A stretch of DNA of 64,000 nt, from positions 310,001-374,000 of the forward strand of contig CBFFRP010000362.1 in the NCBI GenBank assembly GCA_965644295.1. The letters run 5' to 3'. The notes under the pieces are model-generated. The model was not told the DNA's origin, did not search any database, and was given only the letters and a program-made list of their open reading frames with translations. Positions 1 through 13,786 of this stretch are shown piece after piece (position 1 is the stretch's first letter; each line of letters begins with the position of its first letter). The DNA is from Paraphysomonas bandaiensis. Its lineage: Eukaryota > Protista > Chrysophyceae. The position numbers and the translations under genes were made by a program.

Positions 1-1453
1 AGATTATTCTTGCAATTATGAAAAGTAGAGGATGGGTGTAGCTGTTAATGATTTCTTAGAAGTGTAGATTTTGCGAGTATACTTGCTAATATTATTCAGA
101 TGCTAGTGCGTGTCTGGTTTCCTGCACCTGAGTACGAGTATATGTTACAACTAGAAGGGTGCCGTTCGATTTATTTTTACTCCCGTATTATGGAAAAGTC
201 ACAACGGAATCCATTACTATGTTGATTTCCTTGGTGCACTATGTAGATAAGACCAATCATATTTAACAAAATATATTGAAAGCATTGTATGAAATCGTTC
301 CTTTATCTACTAGCAACTTACAACGTATAGTTTCTAATGTTGAGCTTCAGGCAATAAAAGCTCTGATTTAAGTTTTTATACTGTCGTTCATAACGACACT
401 GCAGTTTAAGCGAATTGTTATGAGATATGTAATATAACTTGAAATGTAGTGCATAAAATTATATATATTATCCCCATTTTGTCTCAAAAAAAGCTTTTTT
501 TGACTTGATTTTTTCTCAACAAGGCGCTCATATCAGCACCGGGCAAGTATAGACATTCAACTTCAATATTCGGTTCAACATAAGCTCACTTCTATCGTCA
601 TTATGATATTGACAGTCATTTCATCACAGTACACTATTATAGAGAAACCACAGTCATGAGTTAAATCATTAGACACTTTAAGTAATATTCCACCCTTCGT
701 CTGACAATGTGTATAAGATCATAATGATGCCAGTGCAAGCGATCTATCTTCAGAGCCAGGACTTCGAAACAACTTCAAGAATATTTCAGGAGAGTATAGT
801 ACCATATCTGATGCTGTCCAGTTGTTTTAAGGTTCAGGTTACATTGTGCTTATGAGGATATAGTGTACCTCATATCATACTCACATCATTCAATCAGGTG
901 CACTACAGAGGAGGTTAAGCGCATTGTATATTAATGTGATGATGATGCTAAATAAGGCAATAAGAAGCCTTTCGTGCGACTACAACTGTTCACATTCATC
1001 ATCACACTTATGTACGAATTTCAACACCTCGCAATTGCTATTTCATCAGTATCAAAGTTTGTGCTTCTTAAAAGGTTCAATAATATATCTATTACTCAGT
1101 AGTAGGTTTTAACGCATGGTGTATATATGTTGCACATCACATGCATCTATAACATGCCCACACAATTTGATCAGTTTTAAACTTTACACCACTTACCAAG
1201 TAGTGTTAAGAGTAATGTCAGGATTAACACAACGTATTCTATACATTACTTACATATAAATTCATACTAAAATATCGGATATATCGATGCACGTCAAAAG
1301 TCAAACATATATGGGTTCTTGAATTTGGTACGACGATTTGTGCATAGTATGCACAAAAATGACAACCATTTTGCAAGACTCATAATAACAACACCTGTTC
1401 AGCAACGATGCACACACTATCCGGCTCATTGACACTAACACTGAAAAAAACTC

Positions 1454-4400
1454 CTAACTGCTTGTCTTTCGTCGCTTTTGGATTCTCAAACTGCAGATAG
1501 TATCATCCACATCAGATTCATTACTTTCGTTTTCCTGTTCAGGCCGATCTCCTCTGTACAGTTTAGATAAACCTTTAGAGTCATCCGATTCCATGTCTGA
1601 CAGATTAGTCAAAGTTGCCGAACTGTGAGAACAAACTCCAGTAGTTTCCGAGTGAGAAGACTTTGGTAGGCGTCCTGTCTTTTGTTTCTTCACTTGGTCA
1701 CGACCAACAGTTGCTGCTTCACTCTCTGCTGTTCGGGTAATTTGGTTTATTCGCTGCAACACTTCATCTCTCAAAGCTACGCTTTCTGCATGCACAAGCG
1801 AACCATCTTCGTTGTAAGTTTGCGCATTCGTCACTAACAGATCCAAATCCTTCTCTAGGTCACCAATTGTTGAGTATGACCCCTTTTTAAGATACGCCTG
1901 GATAGTCTTAATCGCGATAGGGGTCTCTATTATCTCGTAGTAATCGGGGAATATTTTTTTGTCTGGCTTGTCAATGAAGAGCTGAAAGCGCCTGTATCCC
2001 TCGGTAGTTTTGATCTTAGACACTTCGCCAAGTATTTTATAAAGCTTCTTGGAAAGTTCGGGAGTGATAAGGGCTCCGATACCAGTATTTACTGGCGCTC
2101 TGGACTTTGGTCCTTTTCGCTTAACCGCGGCGAAATTTTCAGGCTACACATACCATTAAATTTGAAATCCACGAATCGTTTACGTATATGTGCGGTAGAT
2201 ATTGCAGTGTAAAGCACTCATCTGTGCACTTATAATACAAATATACACAGTAAGATTAAACAATACACTATAAATATCGGCACTATGAAGTGGGAACTCA
2301 CATGTCCTCCGCGTTCTATGAAATCTACAAATTGGGCATCTGATAGGCCATCATCGTACACCACTGCCTTGCGCTTTCTCACCGTCCCCCGTCCACCCAG
2401 ACCCATGTTCACTTCCTGAGATTCTGTGTCGATATTGGAATCTTCGTCCTCATCTGCGAGTGCATACCCTCCACTGGTAGCGGACATATTCATTTTCTCC
2501 ACGTGTTCTGACATTAAGAAAAGCTGCAAGTGTTTAGACAACCATGCTGATGGCTCTCTAGCCCAAGCGGGTACACCATTTTCCTCCATTAGAGGTGGGG
2601 GAAGAGTAGGTAAGACCGATGACTGACCCGTTCGCTTTGAGGGCTGTACTTGGGAAGCCCTCTTGGCTTCTCGTTCCTTCTCACGTCTTCTATCAATCTG
2701 TTGGTAAAGTTCTACTTCCCCATCATTGGTGGCCATCATAAAATTTATTTGATCATCATCTGGAACCGCTACCTCCTCTGCCTCACCGTCTTCCTCGAAA
2801 TCGTTCCCATCTGTGTACTCTTTTAGCAGAGCTTCCACCAATGCTTTTCTGTCACCCCCGTCCTTCTCAGTACCCTCTTTGGAACGGTTAAACCTACCAG
2901 CCTCCACCACAAGTCCTGTGAGGTTTCGCTTGTCCGTTGCACGAGCCAGGATTTTTTCTTCTATCATAGAGTTGGTTACTAGACGGAAAACCTTCACTTC
3001 ATTTTTTTGACCGATACGGTGGGCTCTATCTTGTGCTTGCGCATCCATCATTGGGTTCCAGTCGCTGTCGAAGAGGACCACCGTATCTGCAGTAGCAAGA
3101 TTCAAGCCAAGTCCTCCTGCTCTTGTAGACAGCAGAAAAATAAAGAATGGCGAATCTGGATCATTGAACATAAACATCCGCCTCTCCCGTTCCTCTGCGA
3201 CAGTGCTACCATCAAGTCGTAGATAAGGGTAACCCCGAAGGTCAAAAAATCGCTCCAGAATGCTCATCACCTGTGTCATCTGTGAAAACATAAGCACGCG
3301 GTGCCCAGCCGCCTTGAGCTTAGGCAACATGCGATCAAGCAGCTCGAACTTCCCTGAAGCTCGAATGAGGTCATCATCTAAAGGCCAGTCCGTAAGGAAG
3401 AGATACGGGTGGTTACACACCTTCCTTAGTTGCATGATAACATTGTTTAGACCTGAACCGAACACATTTGACACATTCCCTACAGCGTCCTTCACTGTGG
3501 AGAGAGTTCGTTGCTGAATGAGCTTATAAAGCTTCTTTTGCCAGCCCGACATCTCACAGCGCAATATCGTTTCTGTTTTCTCTGGCAACTGATCGAGAAC
3601 CTGGGCCTTCATTCGCCGAAGCATAAACGGTCTGAGTACTTCATGCAATCTACACATACATATATTAGTTACACAGCTAACAAATGTTAAATACCCTCAT
3701 ATCACACCTGTTTACTATCAGTAATCGCTCCTCGTGAGTTAATTGGGCCATATCACTGTCCTCATCTGTGGAGACAGGCCCTTGTGTCTTGAATTGTGCA
3801 AAAGGCTGGTTGAACCACTGGTCAAAGGTATCAACACTGCTGAAAATAGAGGGCAGAAGAAAGTTTAAAAGTGACCATAACTCCGGGAGATTGTTCTGAA
3901 GGGGCGTCCCCGTCAAAAGAATTCTGTGCTTTGACTGGTACGAAGCGCCTAGAGTTTGAGCAAACTTACTATTGGCGTTCTTCATCCGGTGCCCCTCATC
4001 AACAATAATGTACTGCCAAACAACACGCTTTAGGGTCGAACGATCCCTCATTACATACTCGTATGTGGTAAATAGGGCATTGAATTGACCCGGCTCAATT
4101 TCGTCTTTGTATATTTGCTTGCGCTGTTGTGGGGTGCCCCGGTACACAACCTGTCGAAAGGAGAATGAAGACCATGAGCACATTCAAGTTGCAGTGCATG
4201 CTTCCAAATATAAGCCACAAAATGGAAAAACATAAAGATCACTTTCTATAATCTCCGTAACATTAAATAATATATGTGCCTACGCAAATCGTTTAGTTCT
4301 ATCACAGTACCAAATCCATACTCTGAATGTGGGCATACCTTTATCATAGTAGGTACCCACTTAGCTGCCTCGTTGATCCAGTTTGATAAGGTAGACAAAG

Positions 4401-6045
4401 GAACAACAATTAGGAAAGGCCCGTTATTGTGTTTGAACTCCATTACGTAAGCCAGTAACGCAAGTGATTGAATAGTTTTGCCAAGTCCCATTTCGTCAGC
4501 CAGAATACCATTCAGGTTGTTGTTATATAGTGACACCAACCATTGCAATCCCCCCATCTGATACTCCTTCAAGTCCCCTCCTTGCAGCATACGCGGCTGA
4601 GTGACCTTTTCCCTGTATCGATGGGTATCCTTGTAGTAGTCCTTTGATACCTTGGAAGCCTTATCTCCTGTCTCTACACTCTCCCCAACTTCTCCTGAAT
4701 CACTCTGTTCATCGAGTCAGTCAAGGAAATATAAATAAATAAAGATATACCAGTTCCACAGGTGTAATCTGTCGTTCATCCTTGATCATTCGATTAATAG
4801 TCGCTATATACTCATCAGTCTGTGCAAGAAGGTACTTCAACCTACTGTTCTTTGTTTCCTGTACGAGCTGGATATAAGCCTCCATGTTATTTTCTTTAAG
4901 GGCTTGGATACGCTTGGATTCTGCTTTGATGTCCTTCTTTTCTTTACGAACCTCAAGAGCATCCAGCCATTGCTTTACAGCACGAGCAGCCTTTGCGCTT
5001 TCATTACGCTTTGCCCGATGAAACTTTGCAAAGTCGTCGCGGTAAGACAAAACGGCTTTCGCGAATGTGTTGTGAGTCTTCCGCCGCGCATCATCGCGAT
5101 CGATACGCTTCCTGCGGGCGTCTTTCTCCAGTTGTTTCCATTCCCGTTTATTTTGTTTTTTCGTTCTGTAGTACATGTCCGGCGGTTGCATCTTGACGAC
5201 AGGAACTCGGGGAGCAGGAGAAGTGAAACGAGGATACAGAGTCTTGTGTATTATGCTCTTCCTACTGTGCAGCAAGTCTGCTCTTAACTGTCGCTGAAGT
5301 ACCCAGAGACGATTGGTATTACTACTTCTACTGTCACTAATTGAGGCATGTATAGTTTCTTCACGAACGTACTGCATATAAGGCACTGTAATTATGAAGG
5401 GATGATCTGCCATTAGTAAATGTGGGCCTACATCCTACAATGTATGAAATAGTAAGTCCGACGCACGGAAATATAAATCTGATAATCCACTAACCCCAAC
5501 ATTAACACCCAGCACGCCTTCCGGTACACGCGCTGGCCCCTGCCAAAGCATAGCTCTCTGCGGGTGCCATGCAACACTATTGTCCACTCCATTCGCTTGC
5601 AACGCCGAATTCATGTCCAAGAAACGCTTTGTGAGAGCCTTATAGTGCTTTATCTGACCCTGAAGCACCTCCGCCTGCTTTGGATTAATGTAATCACAGT
5701 ATCGGCTGGATTCCATCTGTGAATACGCCTGAATATTATCATTCCCAACAATTCCAGCAACAATGGAAGTGGAAGATAGGGGGGAGTAAGGGATTCTACC
5801 CGTAGATAACTCCGTCTCTACGTTATGATTATGTATATGTGAGTTATATGAAATTTGTTTGTCTGTCATTTGAATAGATATGAAGATCCACACTCCACTC
5901 CACTCGTATGATCGAAGTTTCCTTCTGTCCTCTCTTCTCAAATCCTATCGAGGAAAGTGTACTGTTGACTGTATATGGGGAACGTCTCCGGTTGAAACTC
6001 ACTTCGTCTGATGACTTCCTACAAGCATTCCGACCTTCCCATTGG
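1454..6045 (-). CDS. SNF2: SWI/SNF (BRG1/Brahma/Snf2-type) chromatin-remodelling ATPase, multi-exon: QLQ, HSA, SNF2_N, helicase C, bromodomain; 5' end approximate
   Basis: ORF pieces carry QLQ-like [18 protein letters not shown]-like [62 protein letters not shown] and a bromodomain ([11 protein letters not shown]...NAQTYN). They are joined by GT-AG introns. Confidence 0.93.
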
Positions 6046-6761
6046 CTGAAGTGTTGTTTATCTTGAGGGGGTGTTGAGCTGAAAAAGAATTCTGTTGCTT
6101 AGAAGTACAGTAGTGTATTTCGTACGTATACCGTATTAAACAAATCCTGAATATCCTATTTTTCCTAAATCGTGCTTTTTCTGTATATATATCCCGGATA
6201 TTTGTAATACTAGAAACTACAAACACCATGTACAGCCTACAGCAAGCTGCTATATGTACTCTGAATGCAAAGAATTCTGTCAACAAATCTGGTTGAAAAT
6301 ACTGTTTCATGTACATGTACAGTATGTCGTATCGGCAGTCTGCATCTTATTTTTCGGTAATAAATTGAAGCAAATATATTCTATATTACTTACATACAAC
6401 TACGGCTGGAATACACATAATTGTTGTCTCAATATTAGAGCCATCTTTGAACAAAAATACACAAAGGATGCCGATACGGTACAGTATATATGGATATCTG
6501 CATGTATGTATGCATGTATGTATGTTGCATCTCAAAGAAAGGAGGAGTAAGAAGAACAGTGCTCGCATATATTCATATTCCTGTTTCCACTCTCCGCATA
6601 CGAGCCTACATATATGAGAGATTCGACTCCATTTATCAGGACGTGGGATGGACGAGCAATAAGCTACCTGTGCTGATAATCGCTATGATCGACAGCTATT
6701 ATATGAATTATTTCATTTGAAGTCCTCAGCAGTGAATTCTATAAATTAGTTTTCTCTCAAC

Positions 6762-9244
6762 ATGCAGCGGTTGATAAGGGCGTGCTGTGACTGCAGCCTC
6801 AGCTCCTGTGAGATCTGTGTGATAATGACTATACTATCGAGTCTCTTTACATTTTTGCCTATTTTTTTCCAACAACACTTTACTTCAGTTCAGTTATTTG
6901 AATCTGTAGAATTTTATAATGGACCAACTTTTGATGTCACTCTCATTGCGACATTTTTTGCTGCGTTGCCGATGACTTTGGATACGTTGTTAGACTTTCG
7001 CCTATCGCTTCAAGTTACGCTTCCGCGTTTTCTAATTGTTATTTCATTGGCTTTACCTGGGATAATGGCCTATGTTGCACACAATACCCTTGGTACGACA
7101 GTTGCAGTGTCATTTGCATTTGTCGGTATCGTTGCTCGTGAGGTGTTACTTAGAGGTGCTTTATTGAGTTTTCTACTCTATGAGGGCTGTTCACGAAGAA
7201 CAGTATTAGCAGTCAGCTGTGTGTGGATAATGGTCATGTTTTCTCTGCACACTTTTTTGTGGCGGCCATATCGACCTGATGTTGTCACATATTCCTGGAA
7301 TACATGCGGCCGAATCATGTCGATCGCATCAGTTTTGTTTGTGAGCGCGATTCTCATACATAGATGGCATAAAACTCTGACAACATCGGTAGAGGAAAAA
7401 TCGCAGGGAATGTACGCCACATTTTACCCTGCACTCTTCACTCTGAATGTCGTACTGAAGTATATTCTGCTACTCGTGACTAATGACATGACGTACTCTG
7501 GGTTTTTGGATGTCATAATTTGCATTCTTGCCACAACTATACCGGGACGGCAAGCAAGACGAGAAAAAGCCATTGCGGAGGTGAGTTTATACGTTTTCCT
7601 GCTGGCGAATATGTTTGATTACGTTGAACAGCATATAATTGCGTCAAAGCGGGAATATATGAGCTACATGTCTCACGAAATTCGCACACCTCTGAATGCT
7701 GTATACATGGGTATTCAACTCCTGGCAAAGGAGTGTGCGGGTGGGTTATGCAATAGTTCTGACCTGATGAGCATCGTCAGCGATATCGATACTTCATGCA
7801 AAGTCGCCATAGATATATTAAATGAGTTTCTACTGGCTAATAAATTGGAAGCTGGAAATGTGACGTTAGAGAAAGAACTGGTGGTTGTTGCTGATTTGAT
7901 TGGAGAAGTAGTTATTCCTTTTGGTGTCCAGGTTTGCTGTACATGTGCCTCTCATCTATCACTTATTTTCTTCGTAGGCACGACAGAAGGAGGTGTCGTA
8001 CAATTACAGCGGCGACTCTCACATCGACCCTGCACTAAGGGCTAACAACGTACATATATATGTTGACTCAATGAAATTCAGCCAAGTAATACGGAATCTT
8101 ATATCCAATGCCCTCAAATTCACACCCAAAGGCGGAAGAGTAGACGTATATGCTTATCTCACAACAACATCACAATCGACGAAACTTTCGCACTTTTCCT
8201 CCGAATCTAGTGTATTACCACGAGTCCTATTTTCGAATAATGAGAAGATTGCTTCTGAGGTGCCAGTCAATGTTCCCCCGACAGAAATATGCGAAACAGG
8301 CCAAAGTGTACTTCGGATTGAGGTTCACGATACTGGTGTAGGAATATCATCGGTTAGTGTTTTGTGGTGTAGCGAAAACCTTTAACCATTGTATTTGCAG
8401 GAAAATCAACAGAAGCTCTTTGGTCAAATTGTTCAGTTCTTTGCTGCGCAGCTTCAAAATGGTGGTGGATCTGGCATTGGCTTATGGAGTGAGTCAAAAT
8501 GTCTGATGTGAGAAATATATTTAATTAACGATAATATGCAGTATCCAAGAAGATTATGGATCTGCATGGGGGTTACATAGGAGTTAAATCCGAACCAGGT
8601 AAAGGGTCCATGTTTTTCGTCGAGATTGATGTAGCTGCCGATGCTGCATTGAAGTCGGAGCGTAGAAGTGATCCAGATAAAATACCCCGGAGTCAGTCTT
8701 CGAGCCAACATATTGTTGAAATCAATTCGAACGACTTGCGAGACTTAAATGTTCTCATTGTGGACGACTCAGCTGTGAATCGAAAGATGCTCACACGCCT
8801 AATGGAGTCGAGGGTCGGACAGATATCTCAAGCAGAGAATGGTGTGGAGGCAACAGAGAAGGTCCGTGAGTCAGTGGAGAGTGATTCGCCATTTGATTTA
8901 ATATTCATGGATGCCTCCATGCCCGAGATGTCCGGAGAAGATGCTACTGTCCTTATTCGTAGCACAGGATTCCAGGGGATGATCGTTTTCTTGACTGGAA
9001 ATGTGTCAGCAGAAGATGTTACTAATTTCATGTCGGCTGGAGCTGATGATGTCATTGCGAAACCGTGTACACTGGATAGTGTTGAGAAGATACTAGCCAC
9101 AGTGTGTAAGACTATCTGTCTTGCGCTTATAGTCTATTTTAACTTTTTTTTGTAGTGACACATCGGAAGGTGGAAAGAACTGCATCATCTTCGCTAAATG
9201 TTGCCACTGTTGAGCCCATAAATGACGAATTTGAAACATTGTGA
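6762..9244 (+). CDS. Membrane hybrid sensor histidine kinase (multi-TM sensor, HisKA, HATPase, receiver), multi-exon
   Basis: H-box SHEIRTPLNAV, N-box NLISNALKFT, DTGVGIS, GGSGIGLW, and receiver LIVDDS...FMD...KP. There are 7-8 hydrophobic segments N-terminal to these. The last exon ends FETL* at 9244. Confidence 0.9.
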
Positions 9245-9599
9245 AATTTCTGTATTAGTTGCTTGTGTTAATTTCTCGTATATGTGCATTACACTGTGCA
9301 TGAAAGGTAGCTACACAGCGTGTTAAATGGCTAGAGGTGATGATACAGAGCCGATTTACCGTCAGATTGATGGCTCTTTTTACTTATATCAGATGTTGTA
9401 GTTGCGAACTCTTTGTATAAGGCTGTCTGCTGTAATATCTAAATTATATATATACTCTTAAAACAGCTAATCTCGTCGTTGCTTGCTTTCTACCTGTATC
9501 AGTTTACGATTTACGATCATTTGTTTAGGCATCGCCGCAGAGAAAATTCCACTGAAATTACGATTATGTGTAAGCGACACATATATCCTATATATTTAG

Positions 9600-9688
9600 T
9601 AGAGCTAGGGAACAATATATTGCAATAGTATTGTGAGCCAACTTCTCAACGATAATGATATTGCAATACTTTTTCTAACCATCCAACT
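9600..9688. mobile_element. Short MITE-like element (TAG...CTA ends, TATTGCAATA cores)
   Basis: Inverted TATTGCAATA-containing arms. The left end TAGAGCTAGGGAACAATATATTGCAATAGTATTG resembles the reverse complement of 12385-12418. Confidence 0.5.
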
Positions 9689-9871
9689 ATACTACTACAC
9701 TACTACTACACTACAGCATGAAAACAATATCATTAATCAGCTGCTAAAAACCAAGGCAGCGTATCAATAAGAGCAACCTGTCGCAGCATGCCATGGATGG
9801 AAAGTTAAAGTTTAGGCTGCCCAGCGAGATGGTGGTGCGATGGATAAGTATGTCGAGGGCTAAGTATCAAT

Positions 9872-9977
9872 TGAAATATATCATGAACTGAATTAGAGAG
9901 AGTATCTGTCAAAGATACACGATCGTCATCATAACGTCGTCATTATTAGTTACACTTCCAGCTATTCCATTGTGCAT
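9872..9977 (+). mobile_element. Degenerate LTR fragment of the copia family at 17769-19935
   Basis: Aligns directly to the LTR: tgaactgaattagagagagtatctgtc...cgtcgtcatta. Confidence 0.85.
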
Positions 9978-10329
9978 TCACAAAAAAGTATGAGTTATTC
10001 TCATTTATTGATATTCATTCCAGTACTGGAACGGCAAACGAGGATAGTAATCAATCCACTTGTCATTAAACAGTATGGCATCATGAAAATTCCAATAGAT
10101 AAGTCTTGCAGTGCAATAGGCTTGGTGATCATGGCTGTGATATTAATGACTAGACCTAAAAATGGAACAGACTGGTGTTTTTAGCAGGGCTGCGTATCAA
10201 TTAACTGACGCAGGTTGTAGTCAGTCATTACCTGCTGTCTCAATTTCTATTATTGCAATTTACTGCAATTAATTGAAATTATTTACTACTAAACTACATT
10301 AGCTGCCAATATAGATACCTCAACTGTCA

Positions 10330-10722
10330 TTTCTTTCCAGAGGCCACAGTTGGTTGTGGCATGAAAGTGCTTCATGCTGCTGTAACGAGTTTCATGGTTA
10401 AGACGTGCTCGCTTCCGTTACCTGTTACAACCAGTGTAACGTCATTCTGAACTAGATTCTCACTGTCATCATCTTCTTCGTCCTCATCGAGCAAAAGTAT
10501 TTCAATTTTAATGTTCCTTGCTGCACGTCCACCCATCAACAATCAAACCGAAATGCATTGGAAGCATTGCTTTGATCTTCATTTCAACCTTTAAGTCCAA
10601 GGCATTCATATACTACTTCATTAAAGTCGAGAAAAGTTCTTTCGTGTTAATGGTTTTTCCACAAAAAAAAAGGAACAAGATCATCCATTATCACCTACTC
10701 ACCCACTCCAACCAGTGATACG
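10330..10722 (-). pseudogene. Degraded hAT-like transposase remnant
   Basis: Minus-strand fragments with stops and frameshifts read YHWLEWV...VEKPLTRK, KVEMKIKAMLPMHFGLIVDGWT (DGW motif with the first catalytic Asp) and LNHETRYSS (TRWSS-like). Confidence 0.6.
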
Positions 10723-10845
10723 AATAAAGAATTGATCTTAGTAGTAGTAAAACAATGTTGTGATTATTAGAGTGTGGAGTAAAGAACATAGCAAAGTGAG
10801 AATTATGAATAACTATATAAAACATATCTATCTGTTTATTAGAAA
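10723..10845 (-). mobile_element. Degenerate inverted LTR (3' part) of the same copia family, abutting the hAT remnant
   Basis: The reverse complement matches about 19810-19935 and ends at the same ...CTTTATT terminus. Confidence 0.8.
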
Positions 10846-11377
10846 TAGGCGTTCAAGAGTAAGAATAAGTTTAGTAGATAGATGAGAAAACTAGTCTAAC
10901 AGCTAGATAAGCATCTATCATTTTCCCCACGTATATTTTACAAAGACGTTATAGTAATTTCATTAAGACCCCATATCAATTCCAATCTGTAGATCTCGTG
11001 ATTGAACCACACACACGCAGGAGTAAATATATATATCAGTCACGCGAGTACATATATTTTCTATATGCACAATATGCAAATCTCACTGGACTGTTTTAGC
11101 ACGTCTTCTATCACATCGCTGATATTGCAAACAGTGCACTGTACAGTTGAATTCACTACTCATACAATGAATCTCCTTCTCTTTCTCCTCCCACCACTGA
11201 ACTATACTGCAAACTGGTGTCATTATTGGGCTCTGTAAGTAAATCATATGTGGACTCTACAAGCTCATCGATTGCAAACAAGAAAATTAACATCTTCAGC
11301 ACACATCTGGTGCATTCTCTAATCATTGTGCCTTTATATTGCAACAGTCCATGATAAGATCTTACCAAGAAACTGTC

Positions 11378-11436
11378 GAAGATGCGAAAGCAAAGGTGCC
11401 GAGATGCTCATGTGACTATTCAAGATACGTTTTTTT
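11378..11436 (+). promoter_or_regulatory. Histone H1 promoter motif cluster (RAGATRC x3)
   Basis: GAAGATGC, CGAGATGCTCA and TTCAAGATACGTTTTTTT all recur in the H3/H4 spacer. Confidence 0.7.
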
Positions 11437-11548
11437 GGTCCAATTCAGTGACCTTTTCAATTTTTTTCAAATCGAAAATAGCCGAACCTCTCCAGTCATA
11501 ATTAAAGAGATCTTCATTGAGAGAAATTTCAATAGTTTCATATTCAAA

Positions 11549-12039
11549 ATGACGAAACCTACTTATGGATCCCTCCTTATCGAGGCTATCACCACTCTGA
11601 AGGACCGCACTGGTTCATCCCTCCCTGCTATCAAGTCGTTTATCGCCAAAGAGTATCCTGAATTTAATTTTCAGGCTGTGAGTAGTAACTATAACACTAA
11701 TGATGATTACCTTACATATTTTAAATAAAGCACCATCTCCGAGCGGCTATCAAGAAAGCTCTTGCTGCGGGTACGATCGTTCAGGTGAAGGCTTCCTACA
11801 AGCTCAGTCCAGCGGCTAAGGCAGCCCCAAAGAAGAAGACTGTTGCTAAGAAAGCAACCCCTCCTGCTGCTTCCACCACTACTGCTAAGCCCAAGGCTGC
11901 TGCCAAGAAAACAACTCCCAAGAAAAAGTCCACTCCTAAGAAGAAGGCTTCTCCAAAGAAGGCTGCCCCCAAGGCCAAGGCTGCGCCTAAGAAGAAGGCG
12001 ACTCCAAAGAAGAAGGCCAAAGCCACCAAGAAGGCTTAA
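11549..12039 (+). CDS. H1: Linker histone H1, 2 exons (11549-11677, 11731-12039), 145 aa
   Basis: Globular domain (PTYGSLLIEAI..LKDRTGSSLPAIK...SYKL) plus a K/A/P-rich tail with S/TPKK motifs. The in-frame GT-AG intron spans 11678-11730. Confidence 0.93.
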
Positions 12040-12086
12040 AATGCTTGAGCAGTAAATTCAGGTCACTACTGACCAATTACACAATC

Positions 12087-12102
12087 GGTGTTTCTTAACA
12101 CC
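12087..12102 (+). promoter_or_regulatory. Histone mRNA 3' stem-loop (H1)
   Basis: GGTGTT-TCTT-AACACC, a 6-bp stem with a 4-nt loop, about 47 nt after the stop codon. Confidence 0.85.
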
Positions 12103-12337
12103 ACCTCTTTCAGGAATATTATTTGGTGTGTGCAATTGAGGATGGGCTCTGGAAAAGCGCGTTGATAGTTCCAATGCATTTTTCTATTCTAATATAGCCT
12201 CGTATAATTTTGTGTACTGTACGTCGTTGTGAATAAGTATATAGTAAACGGGACTAAGAATGAATATTTACGTTGTACAAATAACAAGTACTAGTAATTT
12301 AATCTACTGATGTGTTTACTTGCTGATTAAAGGTACT

Positions 12338-12418
12338 AATATATTGCAATACTATTGTTGGGCCGGTTTAAAAGCGCTATCTAACAATAGTATTGCAATA
12401 TATTTTCCCCTTACCCTG
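12338..12418. mobile_element. Short MITE-like element, same family as 9600-9688
   Basis: Perfect 22-bp inverted repeat at 12338-12359 and 12383-12404. It ends ...CCCTG, a hAT-like terminus. Confidence 0.6.
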
Positions 12419-13786
12419 TGCGAAACAATGTAGAGCCCAACAGAACGATAGCGATATGATAATCAGAGACTTTGTACGACAAGAACCTGTTTTGTCTGTA
12501 AACTCGCAAGTGGTGAAGAAAAGCTTCCCCACATCCCCAAACTAAAAGTCTCTCAAAGACTTTCTTGAAGCCTTCCTCACAACAATGACCACTTACACTG
12601 CTGCTCGCTCTGTCCTTTGTCCTTGCCAGCATCAAAGGAAGCGAATTCTTTCTTTAAACGAGAGTAATAAAGCGTGATGAATATCATTAGCACATAATAG
12701 AATCATCTATGTAGTAAATTAAAGACATCAAGCAGTAAATTGTTAAAGACATGGAAGATGAATAATATGGCATTCGTTTAATTTATTATATCATTGTAAG
12801 CTTTTCCCGAACGTGTATATTAATATATGTCGTACATAAAACAATGGAAACGTTGATTGTATACACTATTAAGATTCACTAATTTTCGTATACGTCTTAA
12901 CACATATATACTCGTGAATGCAACATGATACAATGAAAAACTGAATTATCATCAGACTTTATAAGATACATCACTGTACATGATTGGTTCTGATGTCTTG
13001 CTGTTCTACTATTAGGTTTTATTACACGACCGTTCTCATGTAATAATCAGACATTCTTATATATTAGGTTTATTCCTTAGTAGTGAATGTCTAATTATTA
13101 GCAATATAGGCGTGTAAGAGTTAGAGCTGATGTAGCAAAAAAACAATTTAACTCACTAGTGCTTAACTCTGATAACCTACTATTTGGCGCTACGAGAGCT
13201 GCTTGTGCGTCACCGAAAGCACAAAGATGCAACCACTTTCGTTCTCTGTCTTTAAGGTGAACAGCCCGGATGCTTGATTTCAGTAGGCCAATACCACAGA
13301 TGCCCCTGAGGTGGTCCCATTCACGGATGCGTGTTTATTGTTTATTCACTTCAATTGTAAAGTAAGTTGTTTCTCACTAACCTATTTTCCAACTCTCTTA
13401 TATTTGTCACTGTTTTTAGGCGCAAAAATACGACAAAGCTACCTAAGAGTTCTAGAGTTTCTTCGTAGAATAGAGGTGGTGGTGATACTATATCTTAATT
13501 CTTTATAGCAAGATATCAAATACCGTAATACCATTAATTGTCATTAATGACACGTTAACGAGTGACAATCATCCCGCAATTGTAATTATAATGCCAATAC
13601 TATTAATGGTTAGTACTTGGCCCTGAAATACACTACATGCTCCAGACTGAATTGCTACTACGTAGTTGTACTGTAAAGATAATGTAAAAACAAGTATTGA
13701 GTATTGATAAGAAAATGACAATTATACAGAATACCACTTCTCATACGCAAACTACAGGTAATATTACAATAACAATATCATATTTA

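Noticed and set aside
484-503. Perfect 20-bp palindrome TCAAAAAAAGCTTTTTTTGA
   Set aside because: Low-complexity A/T runs, single copy, no supporting context.
7410-7480. NVVLK in a histidine kinase TM helix resembling the rhodopsin DxxxK motif
   Set aside because: No other retinal-pocket residues are recognisable and it is not the last helix.
11796-12029. Hydrophobic antisense ORF over H1, and similar shadow ORFs over H3 and H4
   Set aside because: These are shadows of the codon-biased histone genes.
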